Shown: positions 23,731 to 24,000 of the stretch, one piece after another | Layout: each line of letters opens with the position of its first letter | Position numbering within the stretch: the first letter of the stretch is position 1 | Assembly: GCA_017620135.1 (NCBI GenBank) | Contig: JAFZQZ010000113.1 | Location: 74,639-98,638, forward strand | DNA length: 24,000 nucleotides | Reading direction: 5' to 3' | Source: Bacillota bacterium | GTDB taxonomy: Bacteria > Bacillota > Clostridia > Lachnospirales > Bianqueaceae | Notes under the pieces: model-generated | Told to the model about the DNA's origin: nothing | Databases searched by the model: none | What the model saw: only the letters and a program-made list of their open reading frames with translations | Position numbers and translations under genes: made by a program

Positions 23731-24000
23731 TTACTGAAGGTCCTTCGCCAGACCGGCAATGAAACCGGCACCGTCGATCTCGCAGCCGTAAACCTGAGCG
23801 ACATAGCTGAGGTAGGTGTTGGCCGGGTCAGCGCTCATGATGGTGTCGCCGAACAGGACCATACCGTCGGAAGCAGCAACGATCGCAGCAGCGTCGTTGA
23901 CCAGAGGTTTAACCGCGCTGGTGTCATAGTCGGGCGTCCAGGCCGGAAGACCGGAACCGATCAGGTAAGCGTAGTGGCAGATGGACTGGCCAAGCTCGAA
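23731..24000 (-). CDS. probable ABC transporter solute-binding protein, C-terminal fragment (continues beyond window)
   Basis: By hand translation, the minus-strand frame is open across all 89 sense codons and ends ...CEIDGAGFIAGLAKDLQ* (stop 23731-23733). It is missing from the ORF track because the start lies outside the window. Function is inferred from its position upstream of two CUT1-type permeases. Confidence 0.5.
   Translation of the reverse strand, partial: FELGQSICHYAYLIGSGLPAWTPDYDTSAVKPLVNDAAAIVAASDGMVLFGDTIMSADPANTYLSYVAQVYGCEIDGAGFIAGLAKDLQ

Noticed and set aside
1-24000. tRNA, rRNA, CRISPR arrays
   Set aside because: No cloverleaf-like segments, rRNA-like stretches or regularly spaced direct repeats were seen on either strand.

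Overview
This window looks like a moderately GC-rich monoderm, Clostridia-like chromosome. That call is an inference from gene content and strong GGAGG ribosome-binding sites; no search was possible.

Layout:
- Left edge, minus strand: a GuaB-like IMP dehydrogenase and asnS, 19 nt apart.
- 3388-12459, plus strand: a ten-gene, translationally coupled Tad/Flp (type IVc) pilus-like operon. In order: TadZ/CpaE-like protein with a degenerate P-loop, CpaF/TadA ATPase, TadB-like and enlarged TadC-like platform proteins, Flp1-like pilin, TadE-like pseudopilin, 652-aa TadG-like protein, a second TadE-like protein with two C-terminal HYH-x3-C...PC-x2-C modules, an A24 prepilin peptidase, and a DUF6382-like protein. 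No secretin gene is present, as expected for a monoderm.
- 12460-14726: an AT-richer accessory islet holding a vapBC toxin-antitoxin pair (near-consensus promoter with tandem repeats) and a tnpB-only IS200/IS605-type element.
- Right part: GH78-like glycosidase (-), SAM methyltransferase, hslO, an orphan LytTR response regulator, tdh-kbl (+), and a convergent sugar ABC operon (partial binding protein plus two permeases, -).

Most notable observations:
1. The atypical accessory content of the Tad-like operon, especially the pseudopilin/Cys-His module fusion.
2. A 22-nt exact repeat plus colinear similarity linking the leader of the Tad operon to the left end of the tnpB element, which suggests an IS-end remnant upstream of the pilus genes.
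3. A TnpB with no zinc-finger cysteines and a non-canonical RuvC-II region.
4. Symmetric operator-like arrays upstream of the Tad operon and of tdh-kbl.

No tRNA, rRNA or CRISPR array was seen.
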